Assembly: GCF_001194135.2 (NCBI RefSeq) | Contig: NC_068991.1 | Span: 52,613,497 to 52,677,496, forward strand | Origin: Octopus bimaculoides | Lineage: Eukaryota | Length of the DNA: 64,000 nucleotides | Reading direction: 5' to 3' | Shown here: one piece after another, positions 63,467-64,000 of the stretch | Position numbering within the stretch: the stretch's first letter is position 1 | Layout of the letters: the number at the start of each line of letters is the position of its first letter | Program-made: the position numbers and the translations under genes | Notes under the pieces: model-generated | Databases searched by the model: none | What the model was told of the DNA's origin: nothing | The model's input: the letters and a program-made list of their open reading frames with translations, nothing else

Positions 63467-64000
63467 GTAAGTTATTTTCCATATTGGTCTTCATTTACCA
63501 CATTTTGTTAAATTATGACATTTAAAAAGAATTCTGTTAATTTGGATAATTGCATAAATTATTGTTGAATGTGTTCCCTGAGTTTCATTCTTGTAGAATT
63601 TTCCACTTCTTCCACATTTTCAGATTCTCAGGACTTACCACTAGCTATGTAATTTTAAAAAAAAATTTGTCTCTTCCATGACAAACACTTCTACACATAC
63701 TCACACATCTACTGCTATCAGTCTCTACCAAACTAGGGACTTTCTTTCTTTTCCAGAATTTGTATTAGTTCACTTGACTTTTCATTACTGTTTTATAGTG
63801 TTGTTTCTAAATTTCTTCTTTCACAGGTTCCTAAAACCTTGCCCATTTTTTTCTTTCCTTCTCAGCCACTTACATTTTCTCTCTCCTCCTTTGCTCTTCT
63901 GATGAAGAACTCACATCTAAAATGTCAACTCTTTCTCTTCCTTCATTTCAATGTCAAACTAATACAATACTTATTAAAACTTGTCTCTCCTGTGTTGTCT

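Overview
AT-rich, intron-rich animal genomic DNA with N gaps. The SINE families look octopus-like (inference). Read by eye, the window holds three transcription units. (1) + strand, 791-21451: the 3' 14 exons of a GCK-I MAP4K3/MAP4K5 (happyhour-like) kinase, covering the Pro-rich linker and the complete CNH domain; all splice phases close. (2) + strand, 39337 to beyond the window: 7 exons encoding a signal peptide and two FnIII-like modules of an IL-17-receptor/Sef-like protein, including a 28-nt microexon. (3) - strand, about 38.85 kb to 25.3 kb, invisible in the ORF track: a divergent transcript of about 11-12 very short exons with strong canonical splice sites and no long ORF. Its introns contain one good H/ACA snoRNA candidate with split complementarity to a conserved 18S rRNA segment, and two weaker C/D candidates, so it looks like a GAS5/SNHG-type snoRNA host or micropeptide gene sharing a promoter with the IL-17R gene. 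Next to that promoter is a 217-bp palindrome of mirrored TTAGGG/CCCTAA arrays. The rest is decayed mobile DNA: mariner, Tc1, Tigger, hAT and hAT MITEs, RTE/CR1/Tx1 LINEs, a Penelope GIY-YIG remnant and SINEs. Coordinates of decayed repeats are approximate, and no searches were run.
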